Shown: positions 39,711-49,976 of the stretch, piece by piece
Numbering within the stretch: position 1 is the first letter of the stretch
How the letters are laid out: every line of letters starts with the position of its first letter
Assembly: GCA_021821305.1 (NCBI GenBank)
Contig: JAKACP010000001.1
Location: 260,934 to 324,933, forward strand
DNA from: a bacterium
Lineage (GTDB): Bacteria; Patescibacteriota; Minisyncoccia; Moranbacterales; UBA1568
DNA: 64,000 nt
Reading direction: 5' to 3'
Made by a program: the position numbers and the translations under genes
Notes under the pieces: model-generated
Told to the model about the DNA's origin: nothing
What the model saw: the letters and a program-made list of their open reading frames with translations, nothing else
The model's database searches: none

Positions 39711-40664
39711 ATGGCAGCACAACAGCACGGACTCGGCCGGGGACTGTCCTCGCTCATCCCGCCGAGAAAAGACGATGGCAAGGATTCGCCGTTTCGCGAT
39801 ATGGTACTCAAGACCATGGCGGCGCAGGGCGTGTCCGTCGATGGCGCACCCGCATCGGCTGTCGCTTCTGAGGCGACCCCGTCGAAGAACGCCGTCGTGG
39901 AAGCGGCGATAGGATCCGTCGTTCCCAATCCGCATCAGCCTCGACTTCGCTTCGACGAGGAAAAGCTTCGGGAGCTCGCCCTGTCGATTCGGGAACACGG
40001 TATCCTCCAGCCGCTCGTCGTGACACCGCTTCCACAGGGGAAGTACGAGCTCATCGCCGGCGAGCGGAGACTCCAGGCCGCGAAACAGGCGGGGCTCGAG
40101 ACGGTACCGGTGCTCGTCCGTGATGCCGGGGAACAGCAGAAGCTCGAACTCGCCATCATCGAGAACGTCCAGCGCCATGACCTGAATCCGGTCGAGGAGG
40201 CCAAGGCATATGCGCGCCTCGTGGACGAATTCGACCTGACACAGGAGGAAACGGCCAAGAAAATGGGTAAAAGCCGAAGCTCGGTCGCGAACACGCTCCG
40301 CCTCCTGCTTCTCCCGGTCGAGATGCAGCGCGCGATCGGGGAAGGCAGGATCACCGAGGGCCATGCCAAGGCGCTCCTCGGCGTGGAGAATCCCGAAAGG
40401 CAGCGCGCGTTGTTCGAACTCATACTCAAGGACGGCTTGACCGTACGCGAGACGGAAACGAAGGCGAGGGAAATCTCGGTACGCCCGCACGTGCGGCGCG
40501 TCCCGACCATCCCGCCCGAACTCGCCGAGAAAGCGGATCGCCTTTCGGCGGCGTTCGGGACCAAGGTCGCCGTGAAGCCGTCCGGAAAAGGAGGACGGAT
40601 CGTCGTCGAATACTACTCCGACGAGGAACTCGACGGCATTCTCTCTCGCGTAGTGAGGGATTGA
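39711..40664 (+). CDS. parB: ParB/Spo0J partition protein
   Basis: GLGRGL, NPHQPR, IAGERR, ENVQR.DL, HTH; start at ATG 39711. Confidence 0.96.
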   Translation: MAAQQHGLGRGLSSLIPPRKDDGKDSPFRDMVLKTMAAQGVSVDGAPASAVASEATPSKNAVVEAAIGSVVPNPHQPRLRFDEEKLRELALSIREHGILQPLVVTPLPQGKYELIAGERRLQAAKQAGLETVPVLVRDAGEQQKLELAIIENVQRHDLNPVEEAKAYARLVDEFDLTQEETAKKMGKSRSSVANTLRLLLLPVEMQRAIGEGRITEGHAKALLGVENPERQRALFELILKDGLTVRETETKAREISVRPHVRRVPTIPPELAEKADRLSAAFGTKVAVKPSGKGGRIVVEYYSDEELDGILSRVVRD

Positions 40665-40720
40665 TACGAGGAGATATGATATAATTCTTCCGTAACCGAA
40701 AAACAAACACGAGACCACAT

Positions 40721-41485
40721 ATGTTCATCCCGACTCCCGACAGGAACGAGCGCCTCCTCAAGTACGCGCTCATCGGCCTCGGCGCCACCCTCATCCTCGC
40801 CCTCCTCTCCGCGCTCTCCTTCAACCTCACCTCGCTCCGCCTCCCGGAATCCGGAAACGAGCCGACATCGGACACCGTCCTTTCGACCCAGGACGAGCTG
40901 AAGCTTCAGGAAGCGATCGCGCCTCTCATCGCGTCAGGCGACATGAAGGCCTGCGAACAGATCGACAACGCCATGTACCGGGCGGTCTGTATCAATAACA
41001 TCGCCCTCCAAAAGGCCGAAGAAACGAACGATATCGCCTACTGCGGCTACCTCGACGACGAACTCATCCCCGAGGAGACCTGCGAACGGCAGGTGATCTT
41101 CCAAAAATCCGTCGACGAGGGGAATACGAATGCCTGCGCCGAAACGAAAAACGACGCTCTCAAGCGGGAATGCGAGGACTCCTTCCCGATTCGCCTCGCA
41201 TTGGAGAAGAACGACCCGTCGCTCTGCGACCGGTCCCCATCTCCCGGCGACTGCAAGGACATCCTCGCCCTCGGGCGGTTCTCGACGGACCCGCAGAGCC
41301 TCGACTGTGCTTCCTTCTCGACCGAGGACGCGAGGAACGACTGTACTTCCCTCAAGCCCCTCTTCCTCTCGGCGACCCCCGACCTCGCCAAACTCACGGA
41401 GACCTGCATGGGCGTGAAGAGTCCGCTCTTCGCGCGTGTCTGCGCGAGCTCAGGAATGGTCGCCCCGTCTCCTGCACAGCCGTAG
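40721..41485 (+). CDS. Membrane-anchored protein with Cys-paired helical repeats
   Basis: TM followed by about 6 units of C-x(7-11)-C. Confidence 0.7.
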   Translation: MFIPTPDRNERLLKYALIGLGATLILALLSALSFNLTSLRLPESGNEPTSDTVLSTQDELKLQEAIAPLIASGDMKACEQIDNAMYRAVCINNIALQKAEETNDIAYCGYLDDELIPEETCERQVIFQKSVDEGNTNACAETKNDALKRECEDSFPIRLALEKNDPSLCDRSPSPGDCKDILALGRFSTDPQSLDCASFSTEDARNDCTSLKPLFLSATPDLAKLTETCMGVKSPLFARVCASSGMVAPSPAQP

Positions 41486-41516
41486 CCCCACCGCCATGCG
41501 ATCCTTACAGACACAT

Positions 41517-43397
41517 ATGAACAAGACACTTCTGCCGATCATCACTCTCGCGCTTCTCTTCGTCGCCATGCCGGGGTCGGTGCGGGCGGAAGGCGAATTG
41601 GCGTGGCAGTACGATGCTATTCCCACGTCGTACCAGTATTCCGACGTGGCCGTGACCGCCGATGGCGTGTTCGCTCCTTCGTGGGTTTCTTGGGGACAGA
41701 TCGCCGTTGAAAAGCGGGCTACGGATAACTCCGGGGGGTGGAAGAACTCTTTCGCCGTGCCGACCGGTTCATGGGCGAACGGCACCCCTCATATCGCTGC
41801 GGACGCTACCGGTGTCTATGTCGCGGCCGCGACGGCCATCACCATCAATCTGCGCAACGGAACATTGGCAATCGCGAAACTGAGTCCGGTGAGCGGGGCG
41901 ATAATCCAGATCAGAAATTCCAACGCGCCGGGATACGTGAATGTCACGAACGTGGAAGTGGATTCCACCGGAGTCTATGTTGCAGGCGGATCGAGCGCGG
42001 ACCGGGGATTCGGCGGAACAAGCTGGAGACTCGAGAAGTGGAAAAAGGACCTCAGCGACGGAACTCCCATTTGGGGGTATTCTTCCGCGCAGTCCGGCGG
42101 AAATGCCGGCGACTACTGGGGACCGGGGGCTGTGGCCATGAATGCATCGTCGATATATCTCGGCGGGAGCCGGCTCAATCCCGGTCCAGGAACGATCGGT
42201 ATCCGGATCGACAAGGTCGACAAGAGTACCGGTGGAGCGGATTGGGTCCGGCTCGAACCGTACGGATCGGGAGCGATAGGCGTAATGGCTTTGGATGGCT
42301 CCAATCTTTATACGGTTTCCTCATCCGCATACTGGGGAGGATTTTCCATGGTCTATGCTTCGAGACTTGAAAAGCGGCCCCTTATGAACGGCCCCGCACT
42401 CTGGGCGATCGATACGGCCGACAAGACCATCGCTCTCGCTGTCGATGGCACGTCCGGACTCTATCGGGGATATGTCGCCAGCGGGGACGCGAGTCATCGG
42501 ATGATGCTCGACAAGCGGAGTCTGCTCGATGGTCAACAAATCGGTACGACCACGATAGCGAGCGGTGTGCTTACATCCATGCGTGCCATAGCGGGATTTT
42601 TCGGGGGATATCTTACGAACAACCTGTCGGTCGACGCCTCCGGACTCTATATCGCCGGAAGGGACGAATCCGGATTCACATGGGGTTCCCTGAATTCTGC
42701 ACGAATCGAGAAATACAACCACTTCGGTTCGGTACCCGGCTCCTGCGGCCCCGCCGACGGCATCCCTACCGCCACCGCTCCGACTCCGACGCCCGCGACA
42801 CCTCCGAACAACCTCTGCACCTCCGGCTCGACTCCGACGGTCACCGATGCCGGCGCTTCTTTCACCTGGACCTGTGACGGCCCCGACGGCCTCCCGGTCA
42901 CCCCGGACGATGCGGCATGCTCGGCGCCGAAGATCGCCACCCTCTCCCTCTGTACCACAGGCGGTATCCCGATCGCCTCGACCCCCGGCCCCCATTCCCG
43001 TTCGCTCGTCGCCGGCACTTCCGAGATCCTCAACGCCTACTACGACACTACGCCGAATATCTGCGGTGACACCTCTCCCGTGACCAACGCGAGCTGGTCC
43101 GATGACCCGCTTTCGACCGTGGTTTCGATCGCAGGCGCGACCGCATCCCCTCAGACGGTGACCGCGGGGGCTTCCGGTACCGAGCGTGTGACTATCAGCA
43201 GGGGGGCGGAAACGATTCTCCTCGATTATACCGTGAGCGTTCCCTGTAATCCGACGACCACCTGCGGCGAGCAGTCGAGGGATTACTGTCAGGGACAACC
43301 GTTCACCATCCCCGACAACGGCTGCGGTTCCCCGCTCAACTGCACCGGTACCCGCTTCTGTGACTTCAACTGGAAGGAAGTGGCTCCGGGAAACTAA
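41517..43397 (+). CDS. Secreted surface protein: beta-propeller-like region plus Cys/Pro/Thr-rich tail ending WKEVAPGN
   Basis: Signal peptide (VRA/EG); repeated D.sGvYvaG...rlEK...W blades. Confidence 0.7.
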   Translation: MNKTLLPIITLALLFVAMPGSVRAEGELAWQYDAIPTSYQYSDVAVTADGVFAPSWVSWGQIAVEKRATDNSGGWKNSFAVPTGSWANGTPHIAADATGVYVAAATAITINLRNGTLAIAKLSPVSGAIIQIRNSNAPGYVNVTNVEVDSTGVYVAGGSSADRGFGGTSWRLEKWKKDLSDGTPIWGYSSAQSGGNAGDYWGPGAVAMNASSIYLGGSRLNPGPGTIGIRIDKVDKSTGGADWVRLEPYGSGAIGVMALDGSNLYTVSSSAYWGGFSMVYASRLEKRPLMNGPALWAIDTADKTIALAVDGTSGLYRGYVASGDASHRMMLDKRSLLDGQQIGTTTIASGVLTSMRAIAGFFGGYLTNNLSVDASGLYIAGRDESGFTWGSLNSARIEKYNHFGSVPGSCGPADGIPTATAPTPTPATPPNNLCTSGSTPTVTDAGASFTWTCDGPDGLPVTPDDAACSAPKIATLSLCTTGGIPIASTPGPHSRSLVAGTSEILNAYYDTTPNICGDTSPVTNASWSDDPLSTVVSIAGATASPQTVTAGASGTERVTISRGAETILLDYTVSVPCNPTTTCGEQSRDYCQGQPFTIPDNGCGSPLNCTGTRFCDFNWKEVAPGN

Positions 43398-43548
43398 AAG
43401 AAAGGGCGGTAGGGAAATATGGCGGGTGATAGGGCATAGCATGATCGTAAGGGTCGTCCTCGGGCATAAGGGCGGCCCTTTGATTTCGCTTTGATATTTG
43501 GATTTTTCATAGTACAATGGGACGAGAATCAATCAATGAATTTGCCCT

Positions 43549-44307
43549 ATGACAGAGCAAGATATGTACCTTTCGATCATCATCCCGGCATACAAGGAGG
43601 GGGAGCGGATCGGCCGTAATCTCCTCGAAATCGACAAGTATCTCAAGGAAAAGAATTTTTCGTATGAGATTCTCGTCGTCGTGGACGGATCACCGGACAA
43701 TACCGCCGAAATAGCCAGAAATTATTCCCTCAAGATACCCAATCTCCGCGTGATCGACAATCCGGAAAACCATGGAAAGGGCTATGTGGTCCGACAGGGA
43801 TTGCTCGCGGCTCGTGGGCAGTACCGGGTGTTCCTCGATGCCGACGGCTCGACGTCGATCACGCACTGGGATGCGTTCGAACAGGAATTCAAGAACGGAT
43901 TCGACGTCGTCATCGGATCGCGCGATCTGCCTGACTCCTATATCCAGGTGCATCAGCCGAAACACCGGGAAATCATGGGGGATATGGGCAACTGGCTCAT
44001 CCGTATCGCGCTCGGGCTCTGGCGCTATCCCGATACGCAGTGTGGCTTCAAGGCGCTTTCTGCGAATGCGGCCGAGGCGGTGGCCAAGCGTATGGTCGTC
44101 GACCGGTTCGGATTCGATTTCGAACTCATCACGCTTTCCGAGCGGCTCGGGTTCAAAGTGAAACAGCTGCCGGTACGCTGGATGAACGAGGAAGGCTCGA
44201 CCGTCGCGCTGACCGGAAAGAACGGCTTCACGCAGGTGCTCATCGATCTCTGGAAGACGCGGGTCCGGCTGTGGACCGGTGCGTATAAGCTGAAAGACGT
44301 GGTCTAG
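43549..44307 (+). CDS. GT2 polyprenyl-phosphate glycosyltransferase (Alg5-like)
   Basis: SIIIPAYKE, VDGSPD, GKGYVV, DADG, DTQCGFK, FDFE. Confidence 0.9.
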   Translation: MTEQDMYLSIIIPAYKEGERIGRNLLEIDKYLKEKNFSYEILVVVDGSPDNTAEIARNYSLKIPNLRVIDNPENHGKGYVVRQGLLAARGQYRVFLDADGSTSITHWDAFEQEFKNGFDVVIGSRDLPDSYIQVHQPKHREIMGDMGNWLIRIALGLWRYPDTQCGFKALSANAAEAVAKRMVVDRFGFDFELITLSERLGFKVKQLPVRWMNEEGSTVALTGKNGFTQVLIDLWKTRVRLWTGAYKLKDVV

Positions 44308-44349
44308 GATTCGGGAAATCCGAACGACGGGGAAACATACAAAACGCGT

Positions 44350-45372
44350 GTGAAAATAGAAATCGAAAAACCGAAAAAAACGGCTGTATCCTCCGAGTCG
44401 GAACTCAGGCAGGATATCGTGACCGGGGACTGGGTGGTCATCGCGACCGCACGCGCCAAGGTCCCTGTCGATTTCGTGGCGGACCGCCGGGCAGAGGATA
44501 ACCCCGATGTCGCGGATCCGTTCGCCGACCTGTCCGGACAGGAAGAACCGGTGCTGATGTACATGAAGGACGACGGGGATTGGAGTCTCGCGGTCATACC
44601 GAACAAGTTCCCGGCTTTCACGCGGGGGCGGACGCCTCGGGATATTTCCGAGGGCCCGTACTTCGCGATGAGCGGTGTCGGATACCATGAGGTCATCATC
44701 ACGCGCGATCCGAAGCGTTCGATCGCCGAACTTGAGCCGTGGCAGGTTGCCGAGGTGATGGACGCGTACCACGAACGGTATCTCGCGCTCATGAACAAGA
44801 AGAACGTGAACTATATCCAGATCATGCATAACCACGGCAGGGAAGCCGGCTCCTCGATCTCCCATCCGCACTCGCAGTTGATGGCGATACCCGTCGTGTC
44901 GCCTTATCTCGAGCTCGAGCTCCGCGGCGCCGAACTCTATTACAAGAACAACCGGGAGAACGTCTACGGCATCATCGCGGAATACGAATCCGAACAGAAG
45001 ACGCGTATCGTGTTCGAGAACGATCACTTCATCGCCTTCTGTCCGTTCGCCTCGCGGACGGCATTCGAGGTATGGGTGCTTCCGAAATCGTCGAATCCGT
45101 ATTTCGAACGCATCACCGACGACGAGAAGCTCGCGCTGGCGGAAGCGATGCGGATGGCGCTCTCCGCCATCCACAAGGGACTCGGCGACCCGGCGTACAA
45201 TTTCTACCTCCATACCGCGCCATGCGACGGGAAGGATTACCCGCACTACCGATGGCATTTCGAGATCCTTCCGAAGACGAGCACGTGGGGCGGGTTCGAA
45301 CTCTCGACCGGGATAGAGGTGTCGACCATACAGCCGGAAAAGGCCGCCGAACACCTGAGAAGCCAACTCTGA
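44350..45372 (+). CDS. galT: Galactose-1-phosphate uridylyltransferase
   Basis: ELRQD..TGDWV, NKFPA, HEVII, GSSISHPHSQ, GGFE..TG. Confidence 0.92.
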   Translation: MKIEIEKPKKTAVSSESELRQDIVTGDWVVIATARAKVPVDFVADRRAEDNPDVADPFADLSGQEEPVLMYMKDDGDWSLAVIPNKFPAFTRGRTPRDISEGPYFAMSGVGYHEVIITRDPKRSIAELEPWQVAEVMDAYHERYLALMNKKNVNYIQIMHNHGREAGSSISHPHSQLMAIPVVSPYLELELRGAELYYKNNRENVYGIIAEYESEQKTRIVFENDHFIAFCPFASRTAFEVWVLPKSSNPYFERITDDEKLALAEAMRMALSAIHKGLGDPAYNFYLHTAPCDGKDYPHYRWHFEILPKTSTWGGFELSTGIEVSTIQPEKAAEHLRSQL

Positions 45373-45382
45373 CTTTGACCGG

Positions 45383-46198
45383 ATGACGAGCATGAAAAAA
45401 CGATATCTCATCGGAAACCTCAAGATGAACATCCTCTCCGTCGAGGACACGGAGCAGTACCTCTCCGTATTCCGTCGCGAGATGAAGGGGAAGAAGCAGG
45501 AATCGACCGTGACGGTCATCGCTCCGCCTTTCCCGTACCTTGAACGTTTTCATAAGGAGCTCCCTGAGAACGCCGCTCTCGGCGCGCAGGATGTCTTCTG
45601 GGAGAAGGAAGGATCATATACGGGGGAGGTCTCCTATCCCATGCTGAAGGATATCGGCACGGAGTACGTCATCGTCGGACACAGCGAACGCCGACAGTAT
45701 GGGCGGGAGACGGATGAGGACGTGGCCAGGAAGGTCCAAGCGCTCCTCAAGGGGAATCTCCGGCCGGTGATCTGCACCGGAGAGACGGAGGACGAGCGGA
45801 GGCGCGGGGAGACCGCGGCCGTCCTCGAGGCACAGCTCCGTGGCGCGCTCGAGGATCTTTCGCCGATGCAGGCGGAGAAGATACTCATCGCCTATGAGCC
45901 GAGGTGGGCCATCGGGACGGACCGGACGCCCGAGTCGGAGGATATCCTCGAGGCGAAAGTCATCATCTATCGGATGGTGGCGGCGGCATACGGTGCCGCG
46001 GTCGCCGAACGCATCCCGATACTTTATGGCGGTTCGGTCAAGGCATCGCTCCTCGACCGGGTCTGTTTTTCGGCGCAGATGGACGGAGTCCTGGTGGGGA
46101 GAGAAAGCCTGTTCCCGTATGAGGTCGCCAAGATGGCCGACATCATCGAGAACTACCAGGCTCCCGAACGTCGTGAGGGGAAACCGGAGGAGGGGTAA
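45383..46198 (+). CDS. tpiA: Triosephosphate isomerase
   Basis: GNLKMN, GHSERR, AYEPRWAIGT, YGGSV. Confidence 0.95.
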   Translation: MTSMKKRYLIGNLKMNILSVEDTEQYLSVFRREMKGKKQESTVTVIAPPFPYLERFHKELPENAALGAQDVFWEKEGSYTGEVSYPMLKDIGTEYVIVGHSERRQYGRETDEDVARKVQALLKGNLRPVICTGETEDERRRGETAAVLEAQLRGALEDLSPMQAEKILIAYEPRWAIGTDRTPESEDILEAKVIIYRMVAAAYGAAVAERIPILYGGSVKASLLDRVCFSAQMDGVLVGRESLFPYEVAKMADIIENYQAPERREGKPEEG

Positions 46199-46382
46199 GT
46201 AACTGTCTAAAATCTCATGTCGAACTGAAATTCGGAAACTTCGAGCGAAAATCGTGAAAGTTGAGGAAGAATATCGGGATATTTCGACGAGACTTGAACG
46301 ATTTGCAGCCGAAGTTTCCGAGTTTCAGACGACAAGCGATGTTTCTTCTTTTATTACTGCGGTGAGAATTTAGACAGTTACT
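46198..46382 (+). repeat. ~185-nt nested palindromic element (family A, copy 2)
   Basis: AGTAACTGTCTAAAATCTCA / TGAGAATTTAGACAGTTACT; CTGAAATTCGGAAACTTCG / CGAAGTTTCCGAGTTTCAG; homologous to 57-242. Confidence 0.85.
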
Positions 46383-46404
46383 AAATAAATATCGAATCGA
46401 GCAT

Positions 46405-47259
46405 ATGATAGTCACGACCAAAGTCCTTCTCGACGAGGCGAAGAAAAACGGGTATGCGGTCGGCGCGTTCAACACCGTCAACCTGGAAACGACCAAGGCC
46501 ATCCTGAACGCGGCCAAGGAGATGCGTTCGCCGGTCGTCGTGCAGATGACGGAGAAGACGCTCGACTATGCCGGCGGACGGGCGATGTTCCACCTCGTCA
46601 AGAACATGGCCGAATTCTATTTTCCGGATATCCCGGTCGCGATCCATCTCGACCACGGTAAGAGCATGGAGATCGTGGAGCGCGCGATCGAGGTCGGATT
46701 CCCGTCGGTGATGTACGACGGATCCCGCCATTCCTATAGCGACAACGTCCGCACGACCAAGCGGGTGGTCGAGATCGCCCGAGAGAAGGGCGTGTCGGTC
46801 CAGGCGGAACTCGGCAATGTCCCGTATCTCTCGGAGGTGTCCGAGAACATAAACTGGGACGACTACATGACGGATCCCGAGGAAGCCGCCCGGTTCGTGG
46901 AGGAGACCGGCATCGATACGCTCGCGGTCGCCATCGGCAACGCGCACGGATTCACCAAGGAACGCGATGAACCGGACTACGATCGGCTCGCGAAAATCGC
47001 GAAGAGCGTTTCCGTCCCGCTCGTCCTCCATGGCGGATCGGACTGGGAGGACGGCCGCGCGAAAAAGGTGATCGAACTCGGTATCTCCTGCTTCAACGTC
47101 GATACGGCGATACGGCTCGCCTTCATCGGGGCGATATCCCGCATGCTCGCATCCGGTGAGGAAACCGAAATCCGTAAGATACTCGGGAGCGGCATGGACG
47201 CGGCGCAGGAGACGGTGATGAAAAAGATGGAACTCTTCGGCAGCAAGGGCAAGGCGTGA
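46405..47259 (+). CDS. fba: Class II fructose-bisphosphate aldolase
   Basis: AVGAFN, HLDHG, SVMYDGS, AIGNAHG, LVLHGGS. Confidence 0.93.
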   Translation: MIVTTKVLLDEAKKNGYAVGAFNTVNLETTKAILNAAKEMRSPVVVQMTEKTLDYAGGRAMFHLVKNMAEFYFPDIPVAIHLDHGKSMEIVERAIEVGFPSVMYDGSRHSYSDNVRTTKRVVEIAREKGVSVQAELGNVPYLSEVSENINWDDYMTDPEEAARFVEETGIDTLAVAIGNAHGFTKERDEPDYDRLAKIAKSVSVPLVLHGGSDWEDGRAKKVIELGISCFNVDTAIRLAFIGAISRMLASGEETEIRKILGSGMDAAQETVMKKMELFGSKGKA

Positions 47260-47312
47260 GACGTCCCCCGGGGTCAGGATATCGGACATCAAAAAATAAC
47301 AAACATGGGATT

Positions 47313-48305
47313 ATGAAGAGGATAGCAATCAACGGGTTCGGGCGCATCGGGCGGGCGGCGTTCAAGGTCGCGCTCCAGCACGAGCATATCGAGGTGGTCG
47401 CGATCAACGATCTCACCGACGCGCCCACGCTCGCGCATCTTCTGAAATACGACACCGCGTACGGGAAATACCGCCGCGAGGTCTCGTCGCGGGACGGCGC
47501 GCTCGTCATAGACGGCAAGACGTTTCCCGTGTATGCCGAACCGGATCCGAAGAAGCTTCCCTGGAAGGATCTCGAGGTCGACGTCGTGCTCGAATGCACG
47601 GGCCGTTTCGTCGATGCCGAATCCGCCGGCCAGCACATCACCGCGGGAGCGAAAAAGGTCGTGCTGTCGGCGCCGCCGAAGGGGGAGGGGGAGATCCCGA
47701 CCTATCTCATCGGCGTAAACGACGATCGCTACGCTTCGGAGAAGATCATCTCCAACGCTTCGTGTACGACGAACTGCATCGCGCCCGTGGCCCGGGTCAT
47801 GGAGGAGCGCTTCGGCATCGACAAGGCCATGATGACCACCATCCACTCGTATACCGCGGACCAGAATCTCCAGGACGGACCGCACAAGGATCTCCGTCGC
47901 GCGCGTGCCGCGGCCGAGAACATCGTGCCGACGACGACGGGCGCCGCGATATCCGTGACGCGGATCATGTCGGAACTCGAGGGGAAGTTCGACGGTCTCT
48001 CGGTCCGCGTGCCCACCATCGTCGTCTCGCTCACGGACTTCACGTTCCTCCTCCGGAAGGACGTGACGGCCGAAGAGGTCAATGCGGCGATCGAGGAGGC
48101 GGCACGCGATCCGAGGTACTCCCGCGCGCTCACGGTGACCCGCGAACCGCTCGTCTCGTCGGACTTCGTCGGCAATCCGTATTCGAGCATCGTCGATCTG
48201 TCGCTGACCAAGGTGGTGGGCGGGAACCTCGTCAAGGTGATGGCGTGGTATGATAACGAATGGGGCTACTCCAACCGCCTCGTGGAACTCGCGGAACAAA
48301 TCTGA
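47313..48305 (+). CDS. gap: Glyceraldehyde-3-phosphate dehydrogenase
   Basis: INGFGRIGR, SNASCTTNC, WYDNEWGYS; start at ATG 47313. Confidence 0.98.
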   Translation: MKRIAINGFGRIGRAAFKVALQHEHIEVVAINDLTDAPTLAHLLKYDTAYGKYRREVSSRDGALVIDGKTFPVYAEPDPKKLPWKDLEVDVVLECTGRFVDAESAGQHITAGAKKVVLSAPPKGEGEIPTYLIGVNDDRYASEKIISNASCTTNCIAPVARVMEERFGIDKAMMTTIHSYTADQNLQDGPHKDLRRARAAAENIVPTTTGAAISVTRIMSELEGKFDGLSVRVPTIVVSLTDFTFLLRKDVTAEEVNAAIEEAARDPRYSRALTVTREPLVSSDFVGNPYSSIVDLSLTKVVGGNLVKVMAWYDNEWGYSNRLVELAEQI

Positions 48306-48315
48306 TTTTTTCGCT

Positions 48316-49908
48316 ATGTACGATCTTCTCATCAGGAACGGAACGGTGATCGACGGGTCCGGTACCCCTATGTTCCGTGCGGACATCGCCGTCAAGGAGG
48401 AACGGATCGCGGCGATAGGCGATCTCAAGAGCGAAACCGCGGAACGTATCATCAATGCCGACGGCCTCTATGTCGCTCCCGGGTTCATCGACGTCAACAA
48501 CCACTCCGATACCTATTGGGAGATATTCCGGAACCCGGGACTGCACGGGATGCTGCTCCAGGGTGTGACCACCATCGTCGGCGGCAACTCCGGGGCATCG
48601 CTCGCGCCGCTCACCGAACCGGAAAGCATCCGCTCCATCCAGAAGTGGACCGATGTCGAGAAGATCAATTTCAACTGGCTTTCGATGAAGGAGTTCCTGC
48701 TCGAGGTGGAGCGGAAAAAACTCGCGATCAACTTCGCGACGCTTGCGGGACACGGGACGATCCGCCGCGGTGTCATCAAGAATCCGACGAGCAAGCCCGA
48801 GGCGGCCGATCTACGGGCCATGGAAAAGCTCCTCGAAGGCGCGCTCGACGACGGGGCGATCGGATTTTCGACCGGACTCAAATATACGCATGCGCGCCTG
48901 GCCGAGAAGGACGAGATCGTCGCGCTCCTCTCCCTCGTCGGCAAGGAGAAGGGCGTCTATGCGACGTATATACGCGACGAGGGGGAACATCTCCTCCAAG
49001 CCGTCGAGGAAGCCATCACGACGGCCCGGGAAGCCGAGATTCCGCTCCATATATCCCATCTCAAGGCCGTCGGCAGGCAGAATTGGCATCTTTTCGAGGA
49101 GGCGCTGTCCGCCATCAAGACGGCGAGCCTCAACGGGCTCGACATCAGTTTCGACGTCTATCCGTATACCTCGAGCGGCTCCGTGCTCTATACCTTCCTC
49201 CCGGAGTGGGTGACGGAGAGCGGTCGCCAGGCCATGCTCCACCGTCTCCGGGATTTCAAGACGAGACAGTCCGTGATCCGGGATATGAGGGCAAGCGGAC
49301 ACGACTATTCGCAGATGACGCTCTCCATGTCCGCTCTCAACAAGGTCATGACGCGCACGACCATCGCCGATATCGCCCGGGCGCAGGGGCAGTCACCCGA
49401 AGACGCGGTGCTCGACGTCCTGCTCGCGAGCGCGGGGCGGGCGATCGTCTCGCTCGAGGTGTCGAGCCAGGAGAACGTCGTCAAGGCGGTGCAGCACCCC
49501 TTCTCCATCATCAGCTCCAACGGCGTCGGGTATGCCAAGGAGCACGCGGCGACCGGCGATCTCGTCCATCCCCGAAATTTCGGGACGTTTCCCAAGGTGT
49601 TCGCCGAATATGTCCGGGAACGCAAGACGATCTCCTGGGAAGAGGCGGTGCACAAGATGACCGGCAAGCCGGCGGCCAAGTTCCTGATACGGGATCGCGG
49701 ACTCTTGCGCGAACGGCACAAGGCTGATATCGTGGTCTTCGATCCGGAGACGATCGCCCCGCGATCGACCATGGATGACCCGTATGAATATCCCGAAGGC
49801 ATCCATTTCGTCATCGTGAACGGCGTGGTCGCCGTCGAGGGCGGGGGATGGAACGGCTCCCGATCGGGGGAAGTCATACGGAAGAAATCCGGATTCCGAT
49901 TTTGGTAA
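48316..49908 (+). CDS. N-acyl-D-amino-acid deacylase family protein with substituted metal ligands
   Basis: DLLIRNGTVIDGSG, PGFID, QGVTT, DVYPY, HPRNFGTFP, ADIVVFD. Confidence 0.85.
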   Translation: MYDLLIRNGTVIDGSGTPMFRADIAVKEERIAAIGDLKSETAERIINADGLYVAPGFIDVNNHSDTYWEIFRNPGLHGMLLQGVTTIVGGNSGASLAPLTEPESIRSIQKWTDVEKINFNWLSMKEFLLEVERKKLAINFATLAGHGTIRRGVIKNPTSKPEAADLRAMEKLLEGALDDGAIGFSTGLKYTHARLAEKDEIVALLSLVGKEKGVYATYIRDEGEHLLQAVEEAITTAREAEIPLHISHLKAVGRQNWHLFEEALSAIKTASLNGLDISFDVYPYTSSGSVLYTFLPEWVTESGRQAMLHRLRDFKTRQSVIRDMRASGHDYSQMTLSMSALNKVMTRTTIADIARAQGQSPEDAVLDVLLASAGRAIVSLEVSSQENVVKAVQHPFSIISSNGVGYAKEHAATGDLVHPRNFGTFPKVFAEYVRERKTISWEEAVHKMTGKPAAKFLIRDRGLLRERHKADIVVFDPETIAPRSTMDDPYEYPEGIHFVIVNGVVAVEGGGWNGSRSGEVIRKKSGFRFW

Positions 49909-49971
49909 GTAACCGTCGGACAAGCATGGTTTTTTCTTTTATTCCGGGCGGTGAGATTTTAGACAGGATCT
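49908..49971 (+). repeat. Internally deleted family A element
   Basis: Left end AGTAACCGTC fused to right part GACAAGC...TTCTTTTATT..GCGGTGAGATTTTAGACAG. Confidence 0.7.
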
Positions 49972-49976
49972 GTATT

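Noticed and set aside
38918-40664. parAB next to a tRNA as an integrated plasmid or ICE; parS sites
   Set aside because: Typical chromosomal Soj/Spo0J with no integrase; no TGTTTCACGTGAAACA-like site seen (60381-60396 is only a partial match)
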